Below are positions 8,612 through 17,873 of a stretch of 62,662 bases of DNA, piece by piece. The notes beneath the pieces were generated by a model. The model was not told where the DNA came from. It made no database searches and saw nothing but the letters and a program-made list of their open reading frames with translations. The stretch spans positions 1-62,662 of the IMG/VR virus record IMGVR_UViG_3300032304_002568. One strand, written 5' to 3'. Every line of letters starts with the position of its first letter. Within the stretch, counting starts at the first letter, position 1. The translations under genes were made by a program, and so were the position numbers. Source of the DNA: a virus (Duplodnaviria; Caudoviricetes).

Positions 8612-11600
8612 GTTCATTCGCAAAGCAATCGAGAAAACAATTATTTTGAAGAAGAAGCCGCATCTCAAGCCACCTGCATCGAGTGGCGTGAATGTGGTGG
8701 GTCAGCACCGCACGCGCCAAGCCTTGCGTCGGTATCTGCGCGAGGCGAATCCCGAGCAGGCACATCGCTGGCCAGAGCTTCCCGATATCGAGGATAATGG
8801 GCAGTTGAGGCTGTTGACGCGAGGGCGGCTGGGTATGAGGCTCAAAGAATTTCGCTATTATCAACCTCCTGGTGGTTATTACGGAAATCCTTACGATAAG
8901 GATTTTGCTCAGGAGAGGCAGAAAGAGCGACGCAATGGGTTGATCAAAGCGGGCATCGTCGGCGCGGGTTTGCTGGGTGGTGGAGCTTTGCTGGGCCGTG
9001 GTTTGTATAAGGTGGGAAAAAGCGGAGCCGTGCGTCGAGCCGAGGATCTGGCCGAGGAAATCTCCAAGCTGCGCGCCAGTAAGGCCGCTGCCAATGTCGG
9101 GAATGTCGCCCCCGCTCCGCGTGGTCGCCCGAAGACCGTCGTTCAGCCTGCTCCGCAGACACCGCAGGCTCAGACGCCTACCCCTACGCCGCCGCCACAG
9201 ACGCCGCCTCCCTCTGCACCGCCCACACCGCCGACAGGCAAAAAGACCACGCCAAAAAAGATGGTCGAAAATTTGAATCAGTCAGGCGAATTACCCGCAG
9301 GTGCCGCCGCCGCCGAGATCGATGAGATCACTGCAGCGGCAGCAGAAGCAGCCAGGCCGCCGCGCAAGCTCACGGCAAGGCAGCAAAAATTAGCGAACCG
9401 GCAGGCTAAAGTCGCCAAATTCGCGGCCGCTCAATCTGGAGGGACGGCCTCCGTGCCGTCCCCTGCTCCCGCAGCGCCGCCTGCAGTCGTTCCGAAGCCT
9501 GATTATAAGCGCCCGAGGGCACCCGTTGGCGGTTGGTTCGGTGGTCCGCCCGATGCTCCGAGCACTGCCGCGCCCAAGCCTCCAGTCAAGACCCAAGCTC
9601 CAGCCAAACCCGTCGCAAGCGCGACGGATCAGGAGTTTTGGGAGAAAAAAGGCGTCGGCAAAGTGCCGCTCACGGGAACGCCCGAGCAGAACGCCGCCCT
9701 GCGCAAAAAACTGGAAGACACTCATGCCGCTGGGGGGTTCAATGGCAAGGTCGCTGCCGATGTGATCGATGAGGCGCGAGCTTCGCTGAAACCGAAATCC
9801 GATTTTCCAGAGGGACTCAGCGATAAACTTCGTGCGGCAGGGAAGGAAAACAATCCGAAGCCTAAAGGTAAGAAAAAGTCCAAGGCCAAAAAACAGGATG
9901 CCGATGAGGCTGACGATCTCGATGATTTGGATGAGGCTGACGACATCAATGAACCGGATGCCTCGGCGGAAGAAGCCGATTGGGAAGCAAAGCTAAAGGA
10001 GAATCCTCAAGTGCGCGCCAAGAAGTCTGCCGCAAAGTCAGATTCCAAAAAGCCTGCCGCAAAAGCTGCTGCTACCAAGCCTGCCGCGAAACCCAAGAAA
10101 GGTAAAAAAGAGGCGGCTCCGCTTTCTTTTGCCGAAAGGATCGCTGCCAAGGTCAAGGCGAAGCGCGACAAAAAGAATGGCAAGAATCTCTCGGCACTCT
10201 TGCGCCGTGTGCGCTATTTCAATCAATTTCAAACCGACGAGGCGGGCATCCCGCTGACAGGGCGCGTGGCGAGGGATCGCTTCGTGAAGAAGCTCCGTGA
10301 TGAGGACTTGGATCGCCGCGATGCGAATATCCTTCGTGCCGGTGGCGCGGGTGCGCTGGCGGGGCTTATGGCTCGTGGCCGCATCGGCGCGAGCAAGCGC
10401 GCACTCATCGGGGCTGGTGCTGGCGGACTCGGCGTAATTGGCATCCGTGCCCTCACGAATAACGACCGCGACATCTACGGCGAGCGGGATCGCGGCAGCA
10501 AGCGCGCGGAGCTGCTCCCTGCTGTGGGTGGACTCGGCGCAGCGGCATGGCTGGCGGGTAAGCGGCTGAAGGCGTTTGCGAGGAAGTTTAACCACGGAGG
10601 ACACGGAGAGCACGGAGGAGGGTTGAAGGAGTTTGCTCGCGGCAAGTATGCCATTCCGGCTCTTGGGAAAATGCTGAAAGATCAGTCGTTGCTGGAGGAG
10701 TTTGTGTCTGGGCAGCGCGGGCCGAAATTGGGAGATTTGGATATTTCAAAAGACTTGAGGATAAAACTTGCGGGGAATCCCAAATTGGCGCGAAGCATGG
10801 CCAAAAAGAATACTCTCCTTGGCCCAGGTCGCCTCACTCATGCAAACACTGACGCTCGAAACTGGGCGGCCGATGCTTTGCGGAGGGGCAGGAAGGGCGA
10901 TCAAATCCTTACGCCGGAAAATCACATTCGTATAACGGCAAGGAGTTTCTCTCCGACTCATGGAAGTGTTACCTTAAAGAGTCCCAGGACTTATATTCAA
11001 TGGCCTCCAAGAAATCTGGAATCAACTGATCTTGCTGCCCGTCTGCGCGGCGTGAAGAACTTTGACGACTACCGGCTCTATTATTTCAAGGGGCGGAATA
11101 CGGGCATTGCCGCGCGGAGTGCGGAGGAGGCTCGTAAAAAGAAGAAGCGGGGCGGCGATGAGTTGGTGGCCGTGCGGACACCGAGCGATTCCGAGCGCGG
11201 CCAGATGGCGCGTGGCGTGTGGGTGCGGACTCGGCGCGATGGGAAGTCGCCTGGGCAGTCCCGCTACGGCAAGGGCCGTGGGCAGGGGCCAGCGCGGAAG
11301 AGCCTTTCTGCAAGATTTGACCACAGAGGACACGGAGGACACGGAGAGATTTCAGGGAAACTGCGGGAGCTTGCGTGGATCTCGGTAAAAACAGATCGGG
11401 TTTCGGCAGATCATGCTGCAGCCAGAAGGGCGATTATAGAAAAATACGGCAAGCCGCAGGTGGAAGCGCGCGATCCGGGTATCGCCGTAGAAAGGAAAGA
11501 CGGCCCTTCTATCTTCGCATCCATGAACAACCCTGATTCGCCATTCTATGTGCCTCCAGAAAAAAGAGAAGAGCGACGCCTGCGCGCAAAAGAATGGCAC

Positions 11601-13196
11601 AGAATAAATCGTCTCCGCCATCTGGCTTCACGCAAGGAGTCCAACCTGGCCTCCCGTCTTCGCGCCGTGAGATATTTTGAAAAAAACAACAAGCGGGACA
11701 AGCGTGGCATGAACCCCTATGTGGGTGCTGCGCTCTCGGGCTTTGGCAGCGGTGCGGCGCTTGGCTCTCTGGCGCTCTTGCGGCGCGGGGCGACATTCCG
11801 TGGCGCGGCGAAGACGGCGGGCAAGCTGGGGTTGGCCTCAGCGGGTATCGTGGGCGGCGGGGCATTGCTCGGCAGCAAGATCGTGGGCGATCCGCGTAAG
11901 GAGGAGTCCGCTCCCTTTATGAAGCGGGCGGCGATCGGCGGCACGCTGGTGGGTGCAGGCGCAGGACTCGGCGGGGCATTGCTGCTTCGCCGCACGAGTG
12001 GCGGCGCACGGGCGCTGGTGGCGGCATCCAAGAAGAGCGAGCCATTTTCACGGCCTGCCATGTGGCTGCGCAAGGCTCCGCTGGCGGGAGCGGCAGGCAT
12101 CGGGGCCGTGGGCGGCGCGCTCTATGGCGGCGGCATGGGACTCGATGAGGGCCAGCAAGTGGACTCGATCCGCAATCTAAGAAAAGATATGAAAAAGTTT
12201 TCAGTTGGCAGTTTTCAGTTTTCAGGCAAGCGGCTGCGGGAGTTTTCCGCGAAGCTGCGGTTCTTTGGCCGTGGCGACCAAGCGCGGTGGGATGCCCGCA
12301 AGGGCGGTGGCGTAGGGGTCAACGAAGACTCGCAATTTGCAAATGTGGGTTGGGGTTGGGCGACAGACCGCCCGATGTATATCCCTAAGAGGAACAGCCA
12401 GGGCCGTGTCGAGAAAGATCCCGATACTGGCGATACGATCCGTATGAAATGGGATCCGAACTCGGGTCAGCTCTGGAACTCGATAGCCCGCGAGGCGAAA
12501 AATAAGCGCGTCACGGTGCAGCGCGGCGGTCGGCTCACGAGAGACGCGGCGGCAGTCATCCAAGGCAAGGAACGCGAGCGCGATGCCAGCGGGCGCATCA
12601 AGAAGCGTGAGTGGGAGAAGAGCTGGTTCCACAACAAGGCCACCGAGATCGGCATGACAGCGGCGGGATTGGGCGGACTCGCCACCGTGCGCTATGCCAA
12701 TAACAACCCGGATACCAAGATCGGCAAGGCCTACACAAATACCCAGGCAAGCCTTCGCGCTACGAAGGATGGCCTCTCGGAGATCGGTGGGAACATTTTG
12801 AAAGGCCTCACCAAAGTCACCGCGAAAAGAGCATTCTCCGCGAAGCTCAAGAAGCTCCGCGAACTCGATGCGATCGCGGAATACGAGGGCTGGGATGTCC
12901 GTGATCCGCGTGGCCGCTCGGCCCGTGTCTTCGCCCCCGGCAGCCGCAAGCGCGAACGCCGCCAGAAGGAATGGCATGAGAAGACGGAAAACGAGCGCAA
13001 GCTCTGGAAGGCAGGCATCGCCGCAGGCGTGCTCGGCGGCGCAGGAGCCATGCTCGTCGGCCAACGCCTCGTCTCCGGCAAGTCGCTCATCCCCTCGCGG
13101 TTTCTCAAGAAAAAGCCGATCGACCCAAGCAAGTTTGCGGACGCGCCACCCTCAGCAAAAGAAGCCGACGAAATCTTAAAAAGGTTCAACAAATGA
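8604..13196 (+). CDS. Modular polyprotein 2 (about 1530 aa): Pro/Ala/Lys-rich, acidic and glycine-zipper modules joined by linkers
   Basis: ATG at 8604 after GGAAGGGG; about 8 linker variants; in-frame family A repeats at about 10587 and 11316. Confidence 0.8.
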   Translation: MSEFIRKAIEKTIILKKKPHLKPPASSGVNVVGQHRTRQALRRYLREANPEQAHRWPELPDIEDNGQLRLLTRGRLGMRLKEFRYYQPPGGYYGNPYDKDFAQERQKERRNGLIKAGIVGAGLLGGGALLGRGLYKVGKSGAVRRAEDLAEEISKLRASKAAANVGNVAPAPRGRPKTVVQPAPQTPQAQTPTPTPPPQTPPPSAPPTPPTGKKTTPKKMVENLNQSGELPAGAAAAEIDEITAAAAEAARPPRKLTARQQKLANRQAKVAKFAAAQSGGTASVPSPAPAAPPAVVPKPDYKRPRAPVGGWFGGPPDAPSTAAPKPPVKTQAPAKPVASATDQEFWEKKGVGKVPLTGTPEQNAALRKKLEDTHAAGGFNGKVAADVIDEARASLKPKSDFPEGLSDKLRAAGKENNPKPKGKKKSKAKKQDADEADDLDDLDEADDINEPDASAEEADWEAKLKENPQVRAKKSAAKSDSKKPAAKAAATKPAAKPKKGKKEAAPLSFAERIAAKVKAKRDKKNGKNLSALLRRVRYFNQFQTDEAGIPLTGRVARDRFVKKLRDEDLDRRDANILRAGGAGALAGLMARGRIGASKRALIGAGAGGLGVIGIRALTNNDRDIYGERDRGSKRAELLPAVGGLGAAAWLAGKRLKAFARKFNHGGHGEHGGGLKEFARGKYAIPALGKMLKDQSLLEEFVSGQRGPKLGDLDISKDLRIKLAGNPKLARSMAKKNTLLGPGRLTHANTDARNWAADALRRGRKGDQILTPENHIRITARSFSPTHGSVTLKSPRTYIQWPPRNLESTDLAARLRGVKNFDDYRLYYFKGRNTGIAARSAEEARKKKKRGGDELVAVRTPSDSERGQMARGVWVRTRRDGKSPGQSRYGKGRGQGPARKSLSARFDHRGHGGHGEISGKLRELAWISVKTDRVSADHAAARRAIIEKYGKPQVEARDPGIAVERKDGPSIFASMNNPDSPFYVPPEKREERRLRAKEWHRINRLRHLASRKESNLASRLRAVRYFEKNNKRDKRGMNPYVGAALSGFGSGAALGSLALLRRGATFRGAAKTAGKLGLASAGIVGGGALLGSKIVGDPRKEESAPFMKRAAIGGTLVGAGAGLGGALLLRRTSGGARALVAASKKSEPFSRPAMWLRKAPLAGAAGIGAVGGALYGGGMGLDEGQQVDSIRNLRKDMKKFSVGSFQFSGKRLREFSAKLRFFGRGDQARWDARKGGGVGVNEDSQFANVGWGWATDRPMYIPKRNSQGRVEKDPDTGDTIRMKWDPNSGQLWNSIAREAKNKRVTVQRGGRLTRDAAAVIQGKERERDASGRIKKREWEKSWFHNKATEIGMTAAGLGGLATVRYANNNPDTKIGKAYTNTQASLRATKDGLSEIGGNILKGLTKVTAKRAFSAKLKKLRELDAIAEYEGWDVRDPRGRSARVFAPGSRKRERRQKEWHEKTENERKLWKAGIAAGVLGGAGAMLVGQRLVSGKSLIPSRFLKKKPIDPSKFADAPPSAKEADEILKRFNK

Positions 13197-13209
13197 AACC
13201 GGGTCGCTG

Positions 13210-13563
13210 CTTAAAACTTAATTCTTAAAACTTAAAAAAATGAAAGCGGCACACATTATCGAAAAATTGAAGGCGTTGGCCGGGGCGAATGATTTGCGCC
13301 AGGCAAGGTCAGCGACGGGTGCCCTGCGTGAGCAGTTGGGGCGATTCCACAAGGGGAACGCAGCGAGTTACTGGCGGAATCGCCTGGATGATATTGGAGG
13401 CATCGAGGGTCTCCACATGGCGCGTTCCCGTAAGATCGGGCGACTGGGTGTGGTCGGCGCAGTGACCGCAGGCGGGATCGCTGGTGCGGGTGGGTATGCC
13501 GCGGGTCGCTCCAAAAGCACGCAAGGCGACTCTTAAAACTTAATTCTTAAAACTTAAAACTTC
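13210..13563 (+). repeat. Repeat family B (CTTAAAA heptamer array), copies at 13210-13238 and 13532-13563
   Basis: cttaaaacttaattcttaaaacttaaaa flanks ORF 13240-13536; further copies at 22634-22663 and 23654-23690. Confidence 0.85.
13240..13536 (+). CDS. Small cargo-type protein with C-terminal glycine zipper
   Basis: Resembles the module that follows 13800 in the next ORF (LAGANDLRQAR vs LTGMAQIKAGR; GxxxG tail). Confidence 0.65.
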   Translation: MKAAHIIEKLKALAGANDLRQARSATGALREQLGRFHKGNAASYWRNRLDDIGGIEGLHMARSRKIGRLGVVGAVTAGGIAGAGGYAAGRSKSTQGDS

Positions 13564-15342
13564 ATGGACTCAAGACCACGCAACAACAACGGCCAATTCG
13601 CTCCCGATGAAATGAGCGGCGTAGATGCCAACACCACCTCTGCGGCCTACAACCCCCAGATCATCGAGGCCCGCAAGGCGACCCTCGCGGAGAAACTTCG
13701 CCGGGCCGTCGGGATTCGCCGTGGCGTGGAGGAAAGCGTGCCGCAAGAGCAAAGGGTTCTTTCCAGGTTTAACCACGGAGGACACGGAGAGCACGGAGGG
13801 GTGAGGGAGTTTTCGATTCTTAATAAATTTTCCAACCTCACCGGCATGGCGCAGATCAAGGCCGGGCGCGAAGCGTTGGGTGCGGCAAAATACAACAGGA
13901 GCCTTAGGGATGCTTATCGAGAAAGTGCCATCAAGGAAGCCAAGTATCCCTACCATGATGCTGATCTTAGGTATAGGCTTGAGAGCAGTGCGAGGCATGC
14001 CGCGATAGAGAGAGGCTTTTATGCTAAGAATGATGTGCGGCGAGCCAGAAAACTCATCAATGAAGGAGTGCGCCGCCGTAACATTTCGATTGGCGTCGGC
14101 GCAGGCGTGGTGGGTGCTGGCGCGGGGGCTGGGTATCTTGCGACGCGCGAGAAAGGCCTCTCCGCGAAGCTCCGCTTGCGCGAGTTGGCGGATATTTCGA
14201 TTGGGACGGCAAAAAAAGTTTTGCGGGAAATCCGGGCGGGGAACCCTGGGTTAAGGATTTTTCGCCCTGAATCAAGCCCTATGATGGCGCAGTATATATC
14301 GCCTCATACATCGAAAAAAATGATCAAAGCGGCAAGAGAGCAGATTGTCGATTTCCAGCCGCATGGACGGGATTTTAAGCTCGCGCCAAATAGCATGATT
14401 GTTCCAAGGGATGTGGCTCGTCGTGATCCAGACCTCAAGGAGCATGTCGAGGATATGAAGAAAATGGTCCTTTCAAGTATCCCTAAGAAATTAGTTCCGA
14501 TTCAGCAAGCCGCATACAAGAAAGCAGAATCACTCAATTCGCCTGTCGGCATGGCTCTGCATGAGGCGGGGCACGCCACCATGCCCGAGAGTGTGTCTAA
14601 AAACATTTCTAAGCTTCAGCAAGCTGCCGCAAAGAATGGCGGGATTTCCATGACGGATCCATATTTCAAGACGGGAATCGATGAGGAGTATAGAGCGAAC
14701 CGTGAGGTTCTTAATAAGATAAAACAGCACGGGACGCCACAAGAGGCTGATAGCTGGAGGAAACGCTCGCAGGATCAGATTAAAATTGGGTATCGCGCTC
14801 CAGTTTTTAATGCCGCGATGATGCAAGAAGCATCTCCAGAAGAGCTTGAAAAAGCCATGGCTGGTTTAGCGCCGTTGTCTTTGAAGCGGCGTGTATTGCA
14901 GAAGTATCCACACATTCGCAAACAGCAACTCTCCGCCAAGCTCCGCTTGCGCGAGTTGGCGCGGCAGGCGGCTTATGATCCCTATGCGGTGCAGGCGCAG
15001 CCTGCGGAGCCGTGGCAGGCAGGCAGAGATTTTCGTAATGCAGCGCTCGGGATCGGGGCTTTGGGTGCTGGTGGAGGCGTGGCCTATGCAGGGTTTCGCG
15101 GAGCGCAGGCGGCCAAGAGCGCGCAGACACTCACGGATGATGCGCTCAAGACCTCGGGCGAGGCTCGCAAGGCGGCTCGCTCGGCGAGGGTTGCGGCAGC
15201 GCGGGTAAATCGTGCTGGCAAGGTGATCAAAACGCAACTCACGACCTTCCCGACTTTCAAGAAGGTGGCTTCCAAGATTTTTGAAGAGGATTTGCAAGGT
15301 CTCAAGGAACTGGCGGCTCGGAGCGTGGAGTTGAACTCATGA
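13564..15342 (+). CDS. Modular polyprotein 3 with a HEXXH metallopeptidase-like module
   Basis: RNNNGQF start; family A repeat; two LSAKLRLRELA linkers; ALHEAGH...EEYRAN. Confidence 0.75.
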   Translation: MDSRPRNNNGQFAPDEMSGVDANTTSAAYNPQIIEARKATLAEKLRRAVGIRRGVEESVPQEQRVLSRFNHGGHGEHGGVREFSILNKFSNLTGMAQIKAGREALGAAKYNRSLRDAYRESAIKEAKYPYHDADLRYRLESSARHAAIERGFYAKNDVRRARKLINEGVRRRNISIGVGAGVVGAGAGAGYLATREKGLSAKLRLRELADISIGTAKKVLREIRAGNPGLRIFRPESSPMMAQYISPHTSKKMIKAAREQIVDFQPHGRDFKLAPNSMIVPRDVARRDPDLKEHVEDMKKMVLSSIPKKLVPIQQAAYKKAESLNSPVGMALHEAGHATMPESVSKNISKLQQAAAKNGGISMTDPYFKTGIDEEYRANREVLNKIKQHGTPQEADSWRKRSQDQIKIGYRAPVFNAAMMQEASPEELEKAMAGLAPLSLKRRVLQKYPHIRKQQLSAKLRLRELARQAAYDPYAVQAQPAEPWQAGRDFRNAALGIGALGAGGGVAYAGFRGAQAAKSAQTLTDDALKTSGEARKAARSARVAAARVNRAGKVIKTQLTTFPTFKKVASKIFEEDLQGLKELAARSVELNS

Positions 15343-16097
15343 ACCTCAAATCCCGACTTAAGGAACTGGCGGCGAAGTCCGAGGAGAAGCGCAGTGGCGT
15401 GGGCCGTGCGGCTTTGATCGGGGGCGGTGTGCTGGCGGGTGGTTTGGTGGGTATGCGCACGCTGCCTCGTTTGCTGCCGAAGGGTCGCTTGGTTCAGGAG
15501 GGGGAATCCCTTCTTGGCAAGGTGGTCTATAACAACCAGGGGCTCACGACGCCTGCGGAGATCATTCATTTGCCGAATGGGCGGAGCCTGCGCGGTGTGC
15601 TGCGGAAAAATCGCGAGGCGTCGGGCGTGAAGGGTGCGCTCTCGCGTGCGGCGCTGAAGGCTGATGAATTCTTGGGCGTGCCGCAGCGGCACTATGGCGT
15701 GGGTGTGGGCAGTGGGCGGATCGCCGAGGTGAGCAAATCGCGTGGGCGTAAAATCGTGGATCAGGGCGAATTCGGCAAGAAGGTCTATATCGACAACGAT
15801 GGCAAGGTGCTGCGTGAGCGGGGTATCCCGCAGCGTGCGGAGGGGCGCGCTGGCACGATGAACGATGCCGAGGTGGAGGCTTTCAACAAACGCTACGAGG
15901 CTTCGCAGGCGGACAAGCGCTGGGACAGGAAGAGCGTGTGCCCAGCGGGAGCGAATAACTGCGAGGCGTATGCGCGCGGCATCGGCACGGGCAAGGCGGT
16001 GAGCCGCCAGGTGCAGGCGATGCGGGTCGGGGCGATGGCTGGGGCTGTGGGTGGCGGCGGCGGTGCGGCTTGGCTGACACAGCGCAAAGAAAAATAA
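15339..16097 (+). CDS. Cargo-type protein with an LRAT-like (permuted NlpC/P60) domain
   Basis: N-terminal LKSRLKELAA linker; RHYGVGVG...ANNCEAYA; hydrophobic Gly-rich segments at both ends. Confidence 0.65.
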   Translation: MNLKSRLKELAAKSEEKRSGVGRAALIGGGVLAGGLVGMRTLPRLLPKGRLVQEGESLLGKVVYNNQGLTTPAEIIHLPNGRSLRGVLRKNREASGVKGALSRAALKADEFLGVPQRHYGVGVGSGRIAEVSKSRGRKIVDQGEFGKKVYIDNDGKVLRERGIPQRAEGRAGTMNDAEVEAFNKRYEASQADKRWDRKSVCPAGANNCEAYARGIGTGKAVSRQVQAMRVGAMAGAVGGGGGAAWLTQRKEK

Positions 16098-16101
16098 CTT
16101 T

Positions 16102-17103
16102 ATGAAAAAAACAACCCAATGGGGAGCGGTGGCACAGGCCGCGCAGGCGGCGGATCATAAGTCGAAACTCGACCAGGCTCTGGCCGACCTCGATGCGGAG
16201 CGCAAGGCGCACGCGGAGACGGTTCGTGCGCTGGAGAAGGCTCGCACGGGCACTCGCCCAATCGTGAAGGCGAAGCCTACTTCGCCGAAGCCGGGAGCGG
16301 GTGACATTGTGGAGGTGATTTTTTCGGATGTGCACGGGAACAAGCATGACCCAGCGGCGTTCTCGGCTTTTCTGGGCGATCTCAAGACACTGCAGCCGGA
16401 TCGCATCGTGATCGGTGGCGACTTTATTGATTGCGGCGGGTTCCTGGCGGAACATCACACGCTGGGCTATGTGGCCGAGACGGAGGATAGCTACGAGGAC
16501 GATGTGCGTGTGGCAAATGACTTGCTCGATGCCGTGATGCACCACTCGGGCTGCGGGGACATCCACTACATCGAGGGCAACCATGAATGGAGGGTCGAGA
16601 GATGGGCGCTCACGCAGCGGCTCGCGCACCACAAGGACATTGACCTACTTCGCCGCACCTTCTGCGCCGAGCATGTGCTCAAGCTCGCGGAGCGGGGCGT
16701 CAAATACTACCACCAGGGCAAGACGCATGGAGGCTGCGATGTGCCGGGGTGGATCAAGATGGATAAGATGTTTTTCGTGCATAAAATCTCCAACTCCCGC
16801 GATGCGGCGGATGTGGCGATGAGCAAGGCGGGGGGCAATATCTGCTACTTCGACACGCACCGCGCTTCATTCAAGCCCAAGAACATTCCTGGGCTGGGGC
16901 TGATCTCCGCATGGAACCCCGGCTGCCTCTGCAAGCGGCAGCCACTCTATGCGAATACGCGGCCCACCGAGTGGACGCATGGCTACTTGATCCGCTTCAT
17001 TTCCCGCAAGACGGGCGCGTTCCAGATGATCAATGTCTCGATCAACGACGGCGTGAGCTACGCGGGGATGCTGCTCAAGGGCAGCGGACAGAAAAAATCT
17101 TAA
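16102..17103 (+). CDS. Calcineurin-like metallophosphoesterase
   Basis: SDVHG, GGDFID, EGNHE, HxI, THR motifs. Confidence 0.88.
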   Translation: MKKTTQWGAVAQAAQAADHKSKLDQALADLDAERKAHAETVRALEKARTGTRPIVKAKPTSPKPGAGDIVEVIFSDVHGNKHDPAAFSAFLGDLKTLQPDRIVIGGDFIDCGGFLAEHHTLGYVAETEDSYEDDVRVANDLLDAVMHHSGCGDIHYIEGNHEWRVERWALTQRLAHHKDIDLLRRTFCAEHVLKLAERGVKYYHQGKTHGGCDVPGWIKMDKMFFVHKISNSRDAADVAMSKAGGNICYFDTHRASFKPKNIPGLGLISAWNPGCLCKRQPLYANTRPTEWTHGYLIRFISRKTGAFQMINVSINDGVSYAGMLLKGSGQKKS

Positions 17104-17115
17104 CACCTAAATCCT

Positions 17116-17604
17116 ATGGCAAACCTCTGGCAGCGCATCGTGAAGCAGCAAATGGTCGAGGAGTATGAGAATGATCCGAAATATCAATGGGAAACCTACG
17201 CCAAAGTAGGCTGGCACAAGCGCGAGCAGGTGGCAGAGGCGCTGGACTGCCATGAAGGTAAGGTGCAGTGCGTGCTCAGGAGTGCCATCACCTCAAAGAA
17301 GATCGAGCGGCGCGACATACCGATCTGGTGCAAGCTCAACAAGGAGTTGATCAAGGTCGTGGCCTACCGCGAAAAGGGCAAGCACGCCGACCCCAAGGAG
17401 GAGAAGCCTGTGAAGTCCAAGCCCGCCAAGGGCAGCAAGCGCCCCAAGCCGGTAGCGGGTATGACGGTGCGCTCGCGTAGGGGTGGGATGGGAAAAATTG
17501 CTGAGATCGTCCGTGGCCGTATGCGGGTGGACTGGGATAGTGGCAAGAAGACGGAGGCTGCTGTGAGGTCGATCGCTAAGGGCGATATTTTCTTGGAGTT
17601 TTAG
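17116..17604 (+). CDS. Hypothetical protein (possible winged helix plus KOW/SH3-like C-terminus)
   Basis: Fits the operon; GMTVRSRRGGMGKI...VDWDSG resembles an SH3-like barrel. Confidence 0.55.
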   Translation: MANLWQRIVKQQMVEEYENDPKYQWETYAKVGWHKREQVAEALDCHEGKVQCVLRSAITSKKIERRDIPIWCKLNKELIKVVAYREKGKHADPKEEKPVKSKPAKGSKRPKPVAGMTVRSRRGGMGKIAEIVRGRMRVDWDSGKKTEAAVRSIAKGDIFLEF

Positions 17605-17606
17605 CC

Positions 17607-17849
17607 ATGGCCGCGAAGCGCCAGCGCGAAAAGTGCGAGAGCCGCGCGGATGTGGTGGAGCGCGTGGAGCGTATGCTGGCCGAGCACTTTGATGCGGGTG
17701 TGGGTATGGTTTCGTGGGCTGAGGATGGAGAGACGCAATATCTCACACTGAAATTTGGCAATTCCTTTGCCGTGGAGGGTATGAGCGAGCAGCTCCCGAT
17801 GTGTCTGGAGATGCGCGGCGAGGATGAGGACGAAGGGGATGAAGACTGA
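17607..17849 (+). CDS. Hypothetical protein with acidic tail
   Basis: Fits the operon. Confidence 0.55.
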   Translation: MAAKRQREKCESRADVVERVERMLAEHFDAGVGMVSWAEDGETQYLTLKFGNSFAVEGMSEQLPMCLEMRGEDEDEGDED

Positions 17850-17873
17850 TTGTTGACGCCTGTGCTGTGTGGC

